Positions 24,012-38,217 are shown, numbered from the stretch's first letter. The stretch: DNA of 64,000 nt from Octopus sinensis (GCF_006345805.1 NC_043007.1:45074001-45138000), one strand, 5' to 3'. A program made the numbers and translations. Notes: generated by a model from the sequence alone, not told the origin.

Positions 24012-25652
24012 TGAAAACTCACAGCTTTGTTTGCTGGGTATGATGGAAAGTATCAGCTGTTCACAACCAGCTGACTAAGGTGACCCTTGTTTACTGGTCA
24101 TGCTTCAAGAACCCTGCGAAGAATTCTTGCAGTTTCAAGCAATGCTGATTTTTGTAGATGTTCTACCTTCACACTAGCATCAATCTTTTTCCGACATGTT
24201 GGTAGTTGAGTGCCGATACTTCCAAGTGCACCGATTACAATTCGTATCACGTCTACTCTCTTCATTGCCCACAACCTTCGTATTTCCCACTTCAAATCAT
24301 CATAGTTGTTCAGTTTTTCTTTTTCTTTCATATTGATCCTGTTGTCACCGGGGCACGCTATATCGATTATCATGCATGTTCTTTCTTCTTTTTATTCCTC
24401 ACAACAATGTCCGGTTTCCGATGTCTGATCAAGTGATCCGACTGGATTGTTGCATCCCGCAGGATTTTGTAATTCTCATTTTCGATGACTCTATGGATCA
24501 TTCTTGCCACATTGTCATGGCGTCTTTTGTATTTGTGTTGTGCCAATTTCGGGCATTCGCTAACGATGTGCAATATCGTTTCACCCCTTTCATCACACAT
24601 TCTGCATTTGTCGCTATCGGTAGCTTTGTTTATTCTGCACTTCAGATAGTTGGTCCTTAACGCTTGCTCCTGAGCTGCGATTATGAGTGCTTTTGTCTCT
24701 ATCGTCAGATCACTTCTCCTCATCTATAGCTACCGGTCCTCTGTATATGACTTGGCGTTCACATGTCATGCAAAATACCCGTACATTTTGTCTCCTTCCT
24801 TGCCACTGCTCTCTTTTTTTGTTTATTTCTTGTTTAAATTTTTCTTTCGTTACACAATTTTCAGTTTTGACAGTGGCTCCCCGACACTTTTTATATACCA
24901 CCCTAAGCTGTTTTCCTCTGCTTCAATACAGTCCTGGCAGCTGACCAAACCTCTCCCACCCTTTCCTCTTGACAAGCACAGCATATCGGTGTCACTGTTA
25001 GGGTGGAAGGCTCTGTGTACTGTCAATATTTTTCTGGTCTTGGTATCCATTTTCGTCACGTCTCTCTTTTGCCATTTTATAATTCCTACTCCTTACCGAA
25101 GTGATGTTATCACTCACGCATTAACTGTTTGGATTTTATTCCATACAGTCAATTTTGAACGTAATACCAACCTCAGTCTTCAGAAATACTCCATTCGCAG
25201 TTGCGTTTTCATTTCCTTTTCCATTATCTCATTTAACTCTACTACACCGTGGTATTTGAATCCTTTCGTTTCAATTTGTTTAATCAAGTCTCTATTCGGT
25301 AATTCTATCCCTGCTATGGACTGTACCTTGCCGCTCATTAGGTAGATTATTCCGCACTTCTTGAGTCCAAATTCCATTCTAATATCAGTACTACACTATA
25401 GATCGTGTTCACCAAGGAACTCACTTGTGTCACATCCTTTTCATACAGTTCTAAATCATCCATGAAGAGGACACGGTTGACTGTTTGGGATTTCCCTTTT
25501 AGTTGGTACCCCAGGTTCATTTTCCTAAGTACCAAGGTCAGGAGTATCATGCAGAGAACAAAAAGCAGCGGAGGTAGGCTATCACCCTGGAAAATCCCTC
25601 TTCTGACACCCAGGGTGCCCAGGCTTTTCCCGTAAGATGTCAGTTCATCTCT
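24012..25652 (-). mobile_element. R4/Dong-clade non-LTR retrotransposon, 5'-truncated and frameshifted
   Basis: RT motifs GIFQGDSL, LFMDDL, FGLKKC; CCHC finger CRMC..ETILHIVSEC; RHD; RLE motifs KPDIVV, IIDIACP, EK..YDDL, IVIGALG. Confidence 0.92.
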
Positions 25653-25999
25653 ATCATTAATACTATTTATTATGTTTCACTGAACATTATTGTTTTGAAA
25701 ATTAGTGAACGAGAATGAATATCCAGGTACTTAAAATAGACAATGATTGGTCCCAAGTGAAATAAAACTGTGAACAGCAATGAAGTACCCGATCGTTAGG
25801 ACTTATTTTGGGGTGCCTGCGAATATAGATTGTTTTAAAAATATAAAACACACTTAAAACATATCAGCACCGAAATTTTTTTCTCAATTAATATCAAACT
25901 AAGAGTTCTGTTTTTGGGGCGTTGCCCTTGAGTAGCTCCTGTCAGTAAATACTAAAATTTTGAAGTAACGAGAGAACATGTATTAGTTGTTGGCGGAAA

Positions 26000-26782
26000 G
26001 ACTTCACTGACTCAGACAGGAAGTCACTGTTCAATTTAAAGAGGGTCTTTACAGCTTCAACAAAGGAGCTTTTACTGAGTGCAAAAAGAAACCTGTACTG
26101 AGAAGACTCTCACCACCGCGCAGAACAGACTTTTTCTGTATAGATGTTCTCTCTAGATATCTAAATAAATAGTGAATTGGTGTATAAACATCATAAAATA
26201 CGTTTGTGAATTTGTTTTGCAAGATTCCTGATGTGAAATCGTATATTGAAACAGATATTGTTATATTTCGGGATGGTCATTTTTTTTCTTGTCAGAGAAC
26301 AGGAGGAAATTCTGGAAGAGTCACATATGTGTGACGAAAGATTTCCAGGTAACGGACATAAGATAAAATAAGAACAGGAATAAACGAGTGAAGAACGAAT
26401 ATATAGTACGTGTATTTTTTGGCGAGAATAAAAGTGATCATCCCGAAATATATGTCCACAGTATTTAAGAGTTCAATTAATAGCACATCTTTAAACTCCA
26501 ATATATTGTCACAACGCAGTAAATCCTGATAGAATACACTTGTATGCATATATAGACTCAGCTAAAATAATAGTTGAGACCAACATGTGGGAGTCTTTTA
26601 AGTTAATGGAAGAATCTCCACTGGATCCATTAGGAAATCTTTACTGAGTGAATGATGGACCCACTATTGAGGTGAAACTGTTACTTAATCAACAAGAGAG
26701 TCTCTACTGAGCCAGTGTGCAAGTCTCTACTGACCCAATGAGAAAGGTTCCACAGAGCCACTGAAATAGATTTACTGAGCCT
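26000..26782. repeat. degenerate ~23-bp minisatellite (core TCTYTACTGAG), split by an insertion
   Basis: Units at 26615, 26638, 26701, 26724, 26747 and 26770; related units at 26000-26110. Confidence 0.55.
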
Positions 26783-26809
26783 TATCTTCGATTGTAACAA
26801 ATAAAAATG

Positions 26810-27990
26810 CTGTCTTCTGTTGTTTCTGTTAGTTCTCCACACCTTATGCAGAGTCTGATCACCTCTTGTACCTACACCTTAGGTCCATCATAGCGTCTGA
26901 TGTAGCTTTTTAAACCAGACAATGCATTGAAAAGACACCCACATAGATTGCATATCCGATTTGGACCACCAAGAGCTGCAGATAAGTTCTGATCTTTGTG
27001 GATCTTAAAGTGTCTTTTCAGATCTGCTTTAGATTTGCAGACCTTATGGTATACACGGTGTTGAAAGGTGTGCACAGATATATCTAGGCAGAACAGTTGG
27101 TGGGAGTTCGTTTTTCATGGGTCCGCAAATGAGATTTGAGCCCTGTAAAAGAAAGGCATGGCCTGTCACAAACTGTGCGCACAAAAAGGTCATTGAGATT
27201 CACCTCGATTGCAACATTTCTCTTTAAATCTCTCTTGAGTCTTGCATGCGTTATTCTGGTCTCCTCAAACGCTGTCAATTCACTCCACACTTTTATTCGC
27301 CATCCAGCTCGATCCAAAGCAAAGGTTTTTATAGCCTTTGGGTCTATTCCAAGTGACTGCGTGGTAGCCCTTATGCCGTCCTTAAACCCTCTGCAAGCTC
27401 GCCATAAGACAGCTGTTTGGGTGTGCGTTCATCCGCCATTCGAACAATATGGCCAGACCCCCACATTTAGTTCTTCAGAATCATTGCTTTAATTGAAGTA
27501 ATGCATGCAGACACAAAGACATCTGTGTCTGGAGTAACAGAGCTCCATTTAATGCTTAAAATGCGGCGAATACATTTCTGGTGGAAGCTTTCTAACAATT
27601 TGAAATGTCTTTTATAACACGTCCATGTTTCAGAAGAATCCAACAGGGATACAATAGACTTCAGGCCCGTTTCAGAGTGACAAACCCGATCGCAATCGTC
27701 AGCGTATAAGAGTTCTCTAATGTGTGTAATAAAAACTTTTGTTTTGAATTTCAGACTGGTCGGATTAAAAACATCCCCCGCTGTTCGATATTTTATGTAA
27801 ATACTCTCCTCGGAGTTTTGAAAAACGTGTGACAGCACAACAACAAAGCATATTGCAAAGAAGGTGGGTACACCAAGGCCTCCTTGCTTTACTCCATTTT
27901 CAACGGCAAAAGATTCAGAGAGCCAACAACCAAAATTTACTCTAGCCTTGATGCCTTGATGCAAAACCCTGATCATGTTTACAAATTTTT
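26810..27990 (-). mobile_element. RTE-clade LINE, 5'-truncated and defective
   Basis: GVKQG, LLYADD, SETWT, FHQKCIRRIL.I.W motifs; C-terminal C2H2-like fingers (..GLKSHLRTH). Confidence 0.9.
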
Positions 27991-28033
27991 ACATGCACAT
28001 ATACATACATACTTATATATATATATATATATA

Positions 28034-28213
28034 CTAGATAAATTTCCCGGTAATACCCCCGGAAAAGCAGGGGTTATTTCCAGTTCCCATTCCCATTATA
28101 GTTTCTTATTCCGTTCCCTGTCCTGTTCCCAATCTTATGTCAATATATATATTTTAATATGAGTTAGGTGTAATTAAGCCACAAAAGTAGAGATACAGAC
28201 TGTTATGGGACGT

Positions 28214-28245
<32 letters not shown>

Positions 28246-28453
28246 CGCGCATACGAAAATTTACAAACGTACACACGGGTTTAAAATGGTGTACAGTAGA
28301 CATGTGTATTTATGTATGTATGAATGTATGTATGTATATATATATATGTATGTGTTTGTGTGTCTGTGTGTTAATGTTTCTTTACAATAGACGGCCGAAA
28401 AGCCACCTACCCCCTATTTCCTCAAAGCTACGTATTCCTCACCCCCACATTTC

Positions 28454-28484
<31 letters not shown>

Positions 28485-28898
28485 ATGTGTATGTGCGTGT
28501 GTGTGTGTGTTGTGTCTATGTATTTACGAAAGTATATATGTAGCATCGCGTGCATATGACAGCTATAGTAACGTTACTGTCTCATTCCCAGCACTGTTAT
28601 CGCCTTCACTGATAGAAGTCACCCTATCTCTTCACTACTACCTTTTATGACAGGTATAGTATCGTTATCAGCCAATTACCATCAATGTTCACACATTCTC
28701 TGTCAGACATATAATTTTTCAACCTTCTCATTTTATCATATAATTCGCCCGGGGGAGGGGGACACATAGATTTTTAGTGAAATCCAATTAGCCTAATATT
28801 GAACAGGATGTTAGTGTCACATGTATGCAAAGTTTCGTGAATATTGGTTTGATGGTTTAGGCACTCAGACAGAAATTGCCATATATATATATATATAT
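28034..28898 (-). mobile_element. probable non-autonomous Helitron-like element
   Basis: Minus-strand 3' end has a CCGG hairpin just before CTAG-T; the other end TGCAAAGTTTCGTGAATATTGGTT..CAGACAGAAATTGCC(AT)n resembles HINE/DINE-type elements. Confidence 0.5.
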
Positions 28899-29578
28899 TG
28901 CAATTATATAAATGATATTCTTACTCTATTGAGACAACTACTGAATACAGTTAAATTATTAATTCTACATAAGATTTATAATATTTGAAAAGATATGAAA
29001 AAGACTACCAGCTGCGTCTTATCAGTTTCTTTAGATGCATACAAATATTTGCAGATATATTATTGTGAGTCCCACATAACAATTTGGCCACAAAGATATT
29101 TTATGGTCAGTGTTTGATAGCTATTATATGAAGTTCCATAGGCTATACGAATTATTCAATTCTAACCGAGAAAATATTTTAAACTTTAAACATCGAAATC
29201 TGAGATAATCTGATGTAAGTAATCTTAGAATATTCTAGGCTATTAAGCACCTGTTTAAAATGTATATTTACAATATTTATACCTACACTACATTTCGCTT
29301 GGTAGCATCTCCGATCAGCATCATATTATTTATTGTTAGACATACATTTTGTTAGTGGTGTAGGTGAAAATGATTTGGAAGAAAAGTTTCTTAGCTCGTA
29401 ACAAAGTCAGTGACCACGGACATACAAACTTGATATCGACTGGACATAGAAATGATTAGAACTTGGTGTAGATATATACATTGTTAAAGAAACCTATTGC
29501 TTATAAAACCGTAGAGAAAAATGTAGGTCTCTTCAGAAATTGTGAATTTGGTAAAAGGAAACTGTATGGAAACCCGTT

Positions 29579-29680
<102 letters not shown>

Positions 29681-30250
29681 GTCTGTCTGTTTGACTGTCT
29701 GCCTGCCTGCCTGCCTGTCTGTCTGTCTGTCTGTCCGTGTGTGTGTGTGTGTGTGTGTGTGATTGTTTTCTTCCCCTCGCACTGCTGCTGGACAACCGAT
29801 ATTGGTTTATTTCCGTTGCTGTAAAGTAGAGGCTCGGCAAAAGAATGATTTATAGGTGTCGCTGTTAAGCATGCTCTGTTGTAGAGATAAAGTTTACAAT
29901 GAAATATATGAAATACTAAGGAAATTTTATACTATCAATAATAGACGTCCGTGGCAGTCTTATTTTCCCCCTAAATATTTAAAATGATAAAACTCATTGA
30001 GATAATACTGTTTTTCCTTCCGTAGCGCATAAAATATTTATAGGTAGATGATTGATTCTCATTGCATTAATTATGCTAACACCAACTTCACAAATGTTTA
30101 ATTAGTTTGATCTGTTATTTCAAAATAATTGACTATTGCATGGTTAAGAAATATGCTTCTTAATCACATGACTGAATGTTCGATCCCACTGTGCGATTCC
30201 TTGGCTAAGTGTCTTCTACTATACTTTTGAATCGAAAATTACCTTATATA

Positions 30251-30667
30251 GGCGTAGGAGTGGATGTGTGGTAAGTAGCTTGCTTACCACACATGGTTCC
30301 GGGTTCAGTCCCACTGCGTGGCACCTTGGGCAAGTGTCTTCTACCATAGCCTCGGGCCGACCAAAGCCTTGTGAGTGGATTTGGTAGACAGAAACCGAAA
30401 GAAGCCTGTCGTATATATGTTTATATATATATGTGTATGTGTGTGTGTGTATGTTTGTGTCTCTGTGTTTGTCTCCCCCCCAACATCGATTGAGAACCGA
30501 TGCTGGTGGGTTTACGTCCCCGTAACTTAGCGGTTCGGCAAAAGAGACCAATAGAATAAGTATTAGGCTTGCAAAGAATAAATCCTGGGGACGATTTGCT
30601 CGACTAAAGGCGGTGCTCCCGCATGGCCACAGTCAAATGACTGAAACAAGTAAAAGAGAGTAAAGAG
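30251..30667 (+). mobile_element. SINE-S3, full length
   Basis: Complete head GGCGTAGGAGTGG to tail GTAAAAGAG. Confidence 0.92.
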
Positions 30668-30721
30668 TTATTGGAATTTTGTGAATGGTGGAGATATTGT
30701 GTAGTTGCACGCCGTATATTG

Positions 30722-30787
<66 letters not shown>

Positions 30788-32188
30788 TATATATATAATA
30801 TGTATATATATATATTATATAATATATATATATATATATTATATATGTTTGTGTGTGTGTGTGTAGCATGTTATATAATGTATGTGTATGTGGGTGTGCT
30901 TCTGTGCACGCATATTTTACATCCAGTACTGTTTTATGTTTGTATATACATTTTAAGTGTTATGTATATCATTATTTTAATCTGTTTTAAGTCCACCCGT
31001 CTGTTTGTCTGTCTGTATATGTGTGTGTATGTATATATTCACACACAGACAGAACGATATAGATATAGACATTAAGCGAATGTGCGCGCGCGCGCGTGTG
31101 TGTGTGTGTGTGGTGTGTCTGTGTGCGTGTTCGCACATCATTCTATCTTTCATCGATGTATATCAATGAAAGCAAATGTGTAAACATCCGCAAATAAAAG
31201 AAAAAAATGTGCTCTGCAAGCGAAGTTCCTTTTGTTATTTTGCCAGATTCGATTTAAACATTCTTTCCTCATTCTTTCCGTGAGAAATACAGTTATTTAG
31301 TGATTAGTCCTTGGAAAGTAGTGATGCTATTATCAAATAATTGATATATAAAATAAATTCATAATGTCATTGATGTAGCTAAGTGAAAAACGGTGCTGCA
31401 GTGAGAGTAACTTGTTTACCATGCTCTAATTACTCTAGAGGGAAAAAAAGGAAACCTTCAACAACTCTCCGACGATATAATGACGAATACAATAACGAAT
31501 GCATCAATACTTATGTTTAATGCAAGAAGAAAGACAAACATTATGGATGGCAGGACGTCAGTTACACTAAATGAAGAAAGAATCAATGAAATACGCCATA
31601 TATTTCTTTGGTGTTGTGCTTCATTGTTTAGTAACATTTGATATCAAATTAGATTTCAAAATATTGAGTCGCACACTCTAAGAACAACAATCGTCAGGAG
31701 AAACGATATTTATCTCTTATAATTAAGTGATATGTTATTTTATATAGCTAGCTAATGCTCTTGGTAAAACTAGGAATGTTACAGTATCCAGCTTCTTATC
31801 TTTAAAATAAAACTGTTTTGAGATAGTAAAAATATTATCTATGCTAAATGTGTGGTGAGCACTGCAAAGAGCTATGATTGTGGTTTCAGTCACTGGAAGA
31901 GAAACATTAAATTTTTCTTACATCCTTTACCCCACCAATAATTACTATACACACACACATGTCCACACTTAAACGCACTTAAGCATACACAAATACACAC
32001 ACACACAGCTACACCACAATGTAAGATGTAGAAGTTTAACATAGAAAAGTTCTTTTAATATAACGCAATTATGCTGCGTGTTTATATTGGAGGACTTTCT
32101 GTGTATAACTACTAGTGATAACTTGATTACGCATCCATCCATCCATCAATCCATCCATCCATCCATCCATCCACCCATCCACCCATCC

Positions 32189-32264
<76 letters not shown>

Positions 32265-32437
32265 GTCTGTCTGCCTGCCTGCCTGCCTGTCTGCCTGCCT
32301 GCCTGCCTGTCTGCCTGCCTGCCTGCCTGTCTGTCTGTCTATTCGTTGATCCATGTCGAGCAAGCATGAAACTTGAGTTGGTAGACAAATGGTAAGTTTA
32401 CATAAACGATGTATATATATATATATGTTAATATATA

Positions 32438-32792
32438 TGGAGGCGCAATGGCCCAGTGGTTAGGGCAGCGGACTCGCGGTTTCGAGTGTTGTGAGTGTTT
32501 ATTGAGCGAAAACACCTAAAAAGCTCTACGAGGCTCCGGCAGGGATGGTGTGATCCCTGCTGTACTCTTTCACCACAACTTTCTCTCACTCTTCTACTTC
32601 CTGTTTCTGTGTACCTGTATTCAAAGGGCCGGCCTTGTCACTCTCTGTGTCACGCTGAATATCCCCGAGAACTACGTTAAGGGTACACGTGTCTGTGGAG
32701 TGCTCAGCCACTTACACGTTAATTTCACGAGCAGGCTGTTCCGTTGATCGGATCAACCGGAACCCTCATCGTCGTAACCGACGGAGTGCTTC
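32438..32792 (+). mobile_element. tRNA(Arg)-like SINE, head A + tail 2
   Basis: Head like 699-1002 with a B-box deletion; tail like 9227-9420; inserted in a TA tract. Confidence 0.88.
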
Positions 32793-33691
32793 TCCCCCAA
32801 ATATATATATATATGCTTATATATATATTTATACATATATATTAATATATATATTTATATATATATTAATATATATGTTTACACACATAAATTTATAGAC
32901 AGAGAGACAGATAGACAGGGGATGATAAACCGTTAGATAGACTATGCACAATACAGTTCTCGATGTGCTTCTATCAAGAGCATAATAATGTACGCATAAG
33001 AATATGAAAAGTATAGCGAAAAATTACTCTCTTCCATTTACATTCACAACGTGGTTTCGATTGCAAATTAAACTGTTTTAGCCTACTTTGTCTGTTACTA
33101 CTGTTTAGACAATGCATTACCCTCACAACTTCTCTTCCCACCATTCTTGGCGCAAACAATCTAATGCAGAAAAACTTCAATATTAGAACTTAATAACACC
33201 AATCAGTCAGCTGATATTAAGCTTTTACTTATTGTAGATTGATCAAGTGTTAATTATTGATTGACGACCAACTTTTCCAAGTGCTGACACCACAATATCA
33301 TGCTATTTTTTTGGTATTTTTCTTAAAGCAATAAAGTGCTTCGGAATAAAAACGATTAATCTCTTAGCCATAAACCGAAACGATATAATCCAGCAGCAAA
33401 CAGACCATTTTTTCTCTTTCTACTGATTCTTGTTTTTTTTTTTTCTTCTTTTTATTCTCTTGAAGAAACTGAAAATAAGACAGATTCACGTTTCTACCGT
33501 TTTCTTATTATGTATGTTTTTTTTTGTTTTTGCCTACTTGTACTTTGTTTTCCATTTATTTTTAATTTTGTATTTGATTTTGTAATTCGTGCAAAGAAAT
33601 GAGATTTTTTTATAGGTTAAGAATAACAAAAAATATAAAAGTAAGAGACATAAAAGTTAATAAAGTGAAAAGGAAAGATAATAAAGAAGCG

Positions 33692-33750
<59 letters not shown>

Positions 33751-33834
33751 AATACACACATATATAAAACAATATGTGATGTGATTATTTCTTAAGTTCG
33801 ACTTGTCAGTTAGATAGATAGATAGGCTGATAGA

Positions 33835-34095
<261 letters not shown>

Positions 34096-35735
34096 TAAGA
34101 GGAGTGAGATTGTGAGGTCGATGAAATGAGCAGATATGCAATGGTGGAAATATAATTGTGGCTTTGGATCAATGTAAAATATCTTCTTTGAGGAAGATGA
34201 GATATTATGGACCAATTGATATAAAAGCTGTAAACTGATGAGTAAATGCTTCGAGTAACGAAGATGTTGAAATAAAGCCATGACAAATGCTCCAATGTAA
34301 GTGTTCTTATTTTGTTGGAGCCTATTCATAACGGCTAAGTTACCTTCTAATATCACACGGCAAAACCTGCACTCAAGTGCTCATATCAACGAGATACCAT
34401 TCCTGGCTTTTTCCTGTACAAAATACTTAAGTTCCGATTATATTTTAATTTCATACAAAACTCGAAAATCACTCACAATAAAGTACTGCTTCTACATCTG
34501 GTATGGTGTTACTACTACACTCGCAAATGACCTAGATCAACAATGGTATAGTGCTTCTTCATCAGAGATGATGTTGTTGCTACAGCCACAGGAATCCTAC
34601 ATCCACAACATTTCACTACTTACGCATCTGAAATGATGCTGTTAATACCCTTACAAATATTCTAGAGAGCTTTCTGATTTTCTTATTTGAAGAATTTCTG
34701 ATGAGCGCACAGAAAACTCTTTCTCAGTCGATGCATAATTCATTGCTCAGAAACGAAAATTAAAAGTCACCTATAATTAAATATAATTAACAAATCTAAA
34801 TCATTGCTTTCCAAAGGTTTGTCTATAAGCAGATTTCGGCTTTAGATATATCAACATAATTAACTCGGACTAATTATACGTAATGCATTTTTAAAATCGA
34901 AAAAAAAAAAAAGGTTCTATTACAGGACATAACTGACGACTAGTTCAGTAAATATCATCTATCTTTTCCTCGAGGTGTGAAGCAATTTGTTTTTTTCATA
35001 CAAAAAGATATCCAGAACCCGCTAAATAGCAGATCCTGATGAGTTCCAGTATTGCAGAACTTTATAAAGCATCCGATGATGCTGTGACAATTTTTTTAAA
35101 TAAAGGGGTTGTCACAGAATCATATGCTCCTCATCGACTCTATAGGTTTTATCGGTGGTAAGGCACAGTAACCGCTCTTGTACTTCTATAACATTTCGTT
35201 TAGTTTCATCAGAAACTATCTTAAAGATACAGAAAAATCCCCTACGTATTTGTCTTAGACTCTATCTTGAATTGAAAAAAAGTTATATTTACACACACAG
35301 ACACACACACACACACACTTATATACATACAGGTTTATCAAATACCATAGAACAAAAATTCTTGATTTATGAAAATTACCTCCACCTTCAGAAGAGGTAT
35401 CATAATTATCAACTGGCAATTATGACCAGCTCCACTTGAAAAGGGGAAGTAAATCTTAAGATTCAAGATTTCTCCCTAACTTGTTTGTCATTAAGGAAAT
35501 GGACAGGTTTATTGTCTGGAAATAAGAAGACATTCATTGACGCGTGTTTGTGACTCAATATCTGTCATTGTGGCTCAGTAGCTGCACAACAATTGTCCAA
35601 CTATATCTGCAGTAGTCATGGGACTTGGATTCAAACAAAAAGAATAATAATACATTTATGGCTTAGATAATTTGCACGATTTAAACAAACCCTACTGCTA
35701 CTAACCTATTAGATCCACTCTCTCTCTCACTGAAG

Positions 35736-36032
35736 GCACTCCTTCGGTTATCATGACGAGTGTTCCTGTTAATTCCCTGAAATTAACGCGCAAGTGGCTG
35801 AGCACTCCACGGACACACGTAACCTTAACGTCGTTCTCACGGAGATTCAGCGTGACACAGCATGTGACACAGTTGTCCATTTGAATTACGGGTACAACTC
35901 ATTTTTGCAAGCTGAGTAGACTGATGGAAGGTGAAATGAACCATCTTGCTCAAGAACATAACGCCCCGTCGGGAATTGAACTCATGACCTTACGATCATG
36001 AGCCACCCTAACCACAAGACCACACGTCTCCA
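35736..36032 (-). mobile_element. CORE-type SINE, head B + tail 2
   Basis: Homologous to 9227-9555. Confidence 0.85.
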
Positions 36033-36299
36033 TTCTCTTTCACACACACATAAAAGCATACATACACACTAATACACACTACAAACACAATATCACTCCT
36101 ACCTCCCTCTCTCTCTACACACACACGCAGACACACATACATACACACACACGCACACTCACGCAATGGCCATTTTGCCGTCCACTGCCTTCAAAACCCA
36201 CATTCCTTATCTCTTTCCCTCTTCCCGCCGTTACTTTTCGGCTATATAACGACATACGTAATTTTCCTTGGTCCGTCTGATCCTTCCTCCTTTCCCTCC

Positions 36300-36468
36300 A
36301 CTGCAGATTTTTCTCTCTTACCAACGAAGGGCCATGTGCAAAACCTCATTTCCACTTCTATTTTTACATCTAAAACTTCACCGAGCGTCAGTCTAATATA
36401 CTCACTGCGTACGTCTAATTGGCTTTTGTTGTTTTCTCCTATTTATTTTTTATCTTTTGATTTGCCAT
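36300..36468 (+). mobile_element. Penelope-like terminal remnant with decayed hammerhead
   Basis: CCAACGAAGGGCCATGTGCAAAAC, then CCGAGCGTC..TAATA motif and a T-rich end abutting (TA)n. Confidence 0.45.
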
Positions 36469-36712
36469 ATATATATATATATATATATCATACACATATA
36501 TAAACATATAAACTTAAACTGATTTGGCACTGTATGATAATGTATAAATCATTTGATGAATAAACATTAAACTGTACAAAAATAACTTCATTTCTTATTT
36601 TAAGTTAACCCTGCTAAGTCCTGATGGAATGTGATAAATATCTATATATGCAAGCATATATAAGTGAATATATATATAGTTATATATGCATAAATATTCA
36701 TAATACACATAC

Positions 36713-36780
<68 letters not shown>

Positions 36781-37822
36781 ATTATATATGTATATGTATA
36801 CGTATATGTACACACACAGATACACACACACATGTATATATGCATATGTACACATATAGATTCACATACATGCATATACACACGCATTCATATACACACA
36901 CACACAACCACACATATATCTATATATATATATATATATTAATATATATTATATATATATATATATATAATATATATTATATATATATACATATATATTT
37001 ATATCTAAGATACAACCAATACTGTATCTGAAAATAATTGCCGAGAAGTTAGAGTATTTAAAATTGTTCTACACTGTATATTCCACCCAGCTAGGATTGT
37101 CGTTGGTAATTCAGAAACAGTTTCTTTGAGAGTATTTATGAAGTTTTGGGAGTATTTGGAGTTGTTTATAAATTGCTAATTACATCAGCCCCACCTCATC
37201 TATCCATATGTCATACATACGTGTATGCATGCATACATACATACATACATACATACGTAAATACACATATATGTCTACCGTAAAGTATAAAAGTTTACAT
37301 TTCATGTATCGTTGATACATTAATTCTGTACAACAACCGATTCATTAATATATTCATTAGTTAAACTTCAATTCGATAACTAATTCCATAACTAATTTAA
37401 ATTAATGAAAATTCTGTTTTACCCAAATCTGTTGAATTGTATTGATTAACACGACAAAGCTGTTTTAGTAAACACAACTTTTAAGGTTTTTAATTTAAAT
37501 CAGTTTAATTAAAATTAATTATGTCTCACATTTACGTAACTTTAAATTTAATGATGTGTGTTACTAAAGCATCTGTTGAGCACAAAGTATGAAGTCTCTG
37601 TGAAACATTCTTTTCTGCTTTTATGTTACATATGATACTCCTTAAAGATCGTGTTGACTGATTATATATATATATATATATATTAATATAATATACAAAC
37701 AAGAAAGCACAAAAAAAACAAACGCGAGGGCGTGGAACAAATATAGTATTATTGGACGCTCATATATATATAATATATATATATATATATCTATATATAT
37801 ATATATCTGATATCATGATGGG

Positions 37823-38217
37823 ATGACCACTAAGTGGACATCCAATATGCTAGAAGTAGATCACCTACGATCTAACCGCAAAGAAATAATGTTCTCTAGC
37901 AAAAACAAGAACATAAGCGGGTAAGACAGATGAAAATATATGAAATAAGGAATTAATCGTAGACCGGTTTTGCCATTAACGACTTTACTTACGTAACACC
38001 GTCCGGTGATACGTAAGTAAAGTCGGACGGTGTTACTTAAGTAAAGTCATTAATGGCGAAACCGGTCTACAATCAATTCTTTATTTTATATATTTTCATC
38101 TGTCTTACCCGCTTATGTTCTGGTATTTGCTGAATTTTTCTAGAGAACATTGTTTTCTTTGTGGTTAGATCGTAGGAGATCTACTTCTAGCATATTGGAT
38201 GTCCACTTTGTGGTCAT
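37823..38217. repeat. ~180-bp-arm inverted repeat (Penelope-like inverted terminus)
   Basis: Arms at 37823-38005 and 38024-38217; lies between (TA)n tracts. Confidence 0.9.

Noticed and set aside
24683-25345. 220-aa + strand ORF
   Set aside because: Antisense shadow of the Dong/R4 ORF
34697-34760. CTGATGAGC..GAAA hammerhead candidate
   Set aside because: No credible stem II or stem I pairing
35036-35075. CTGATGA-GTTC..GAAC hammerhead candidate
   Set aside because: Stem II is followed by TTTA rather than GAAA; no stem III or stem I
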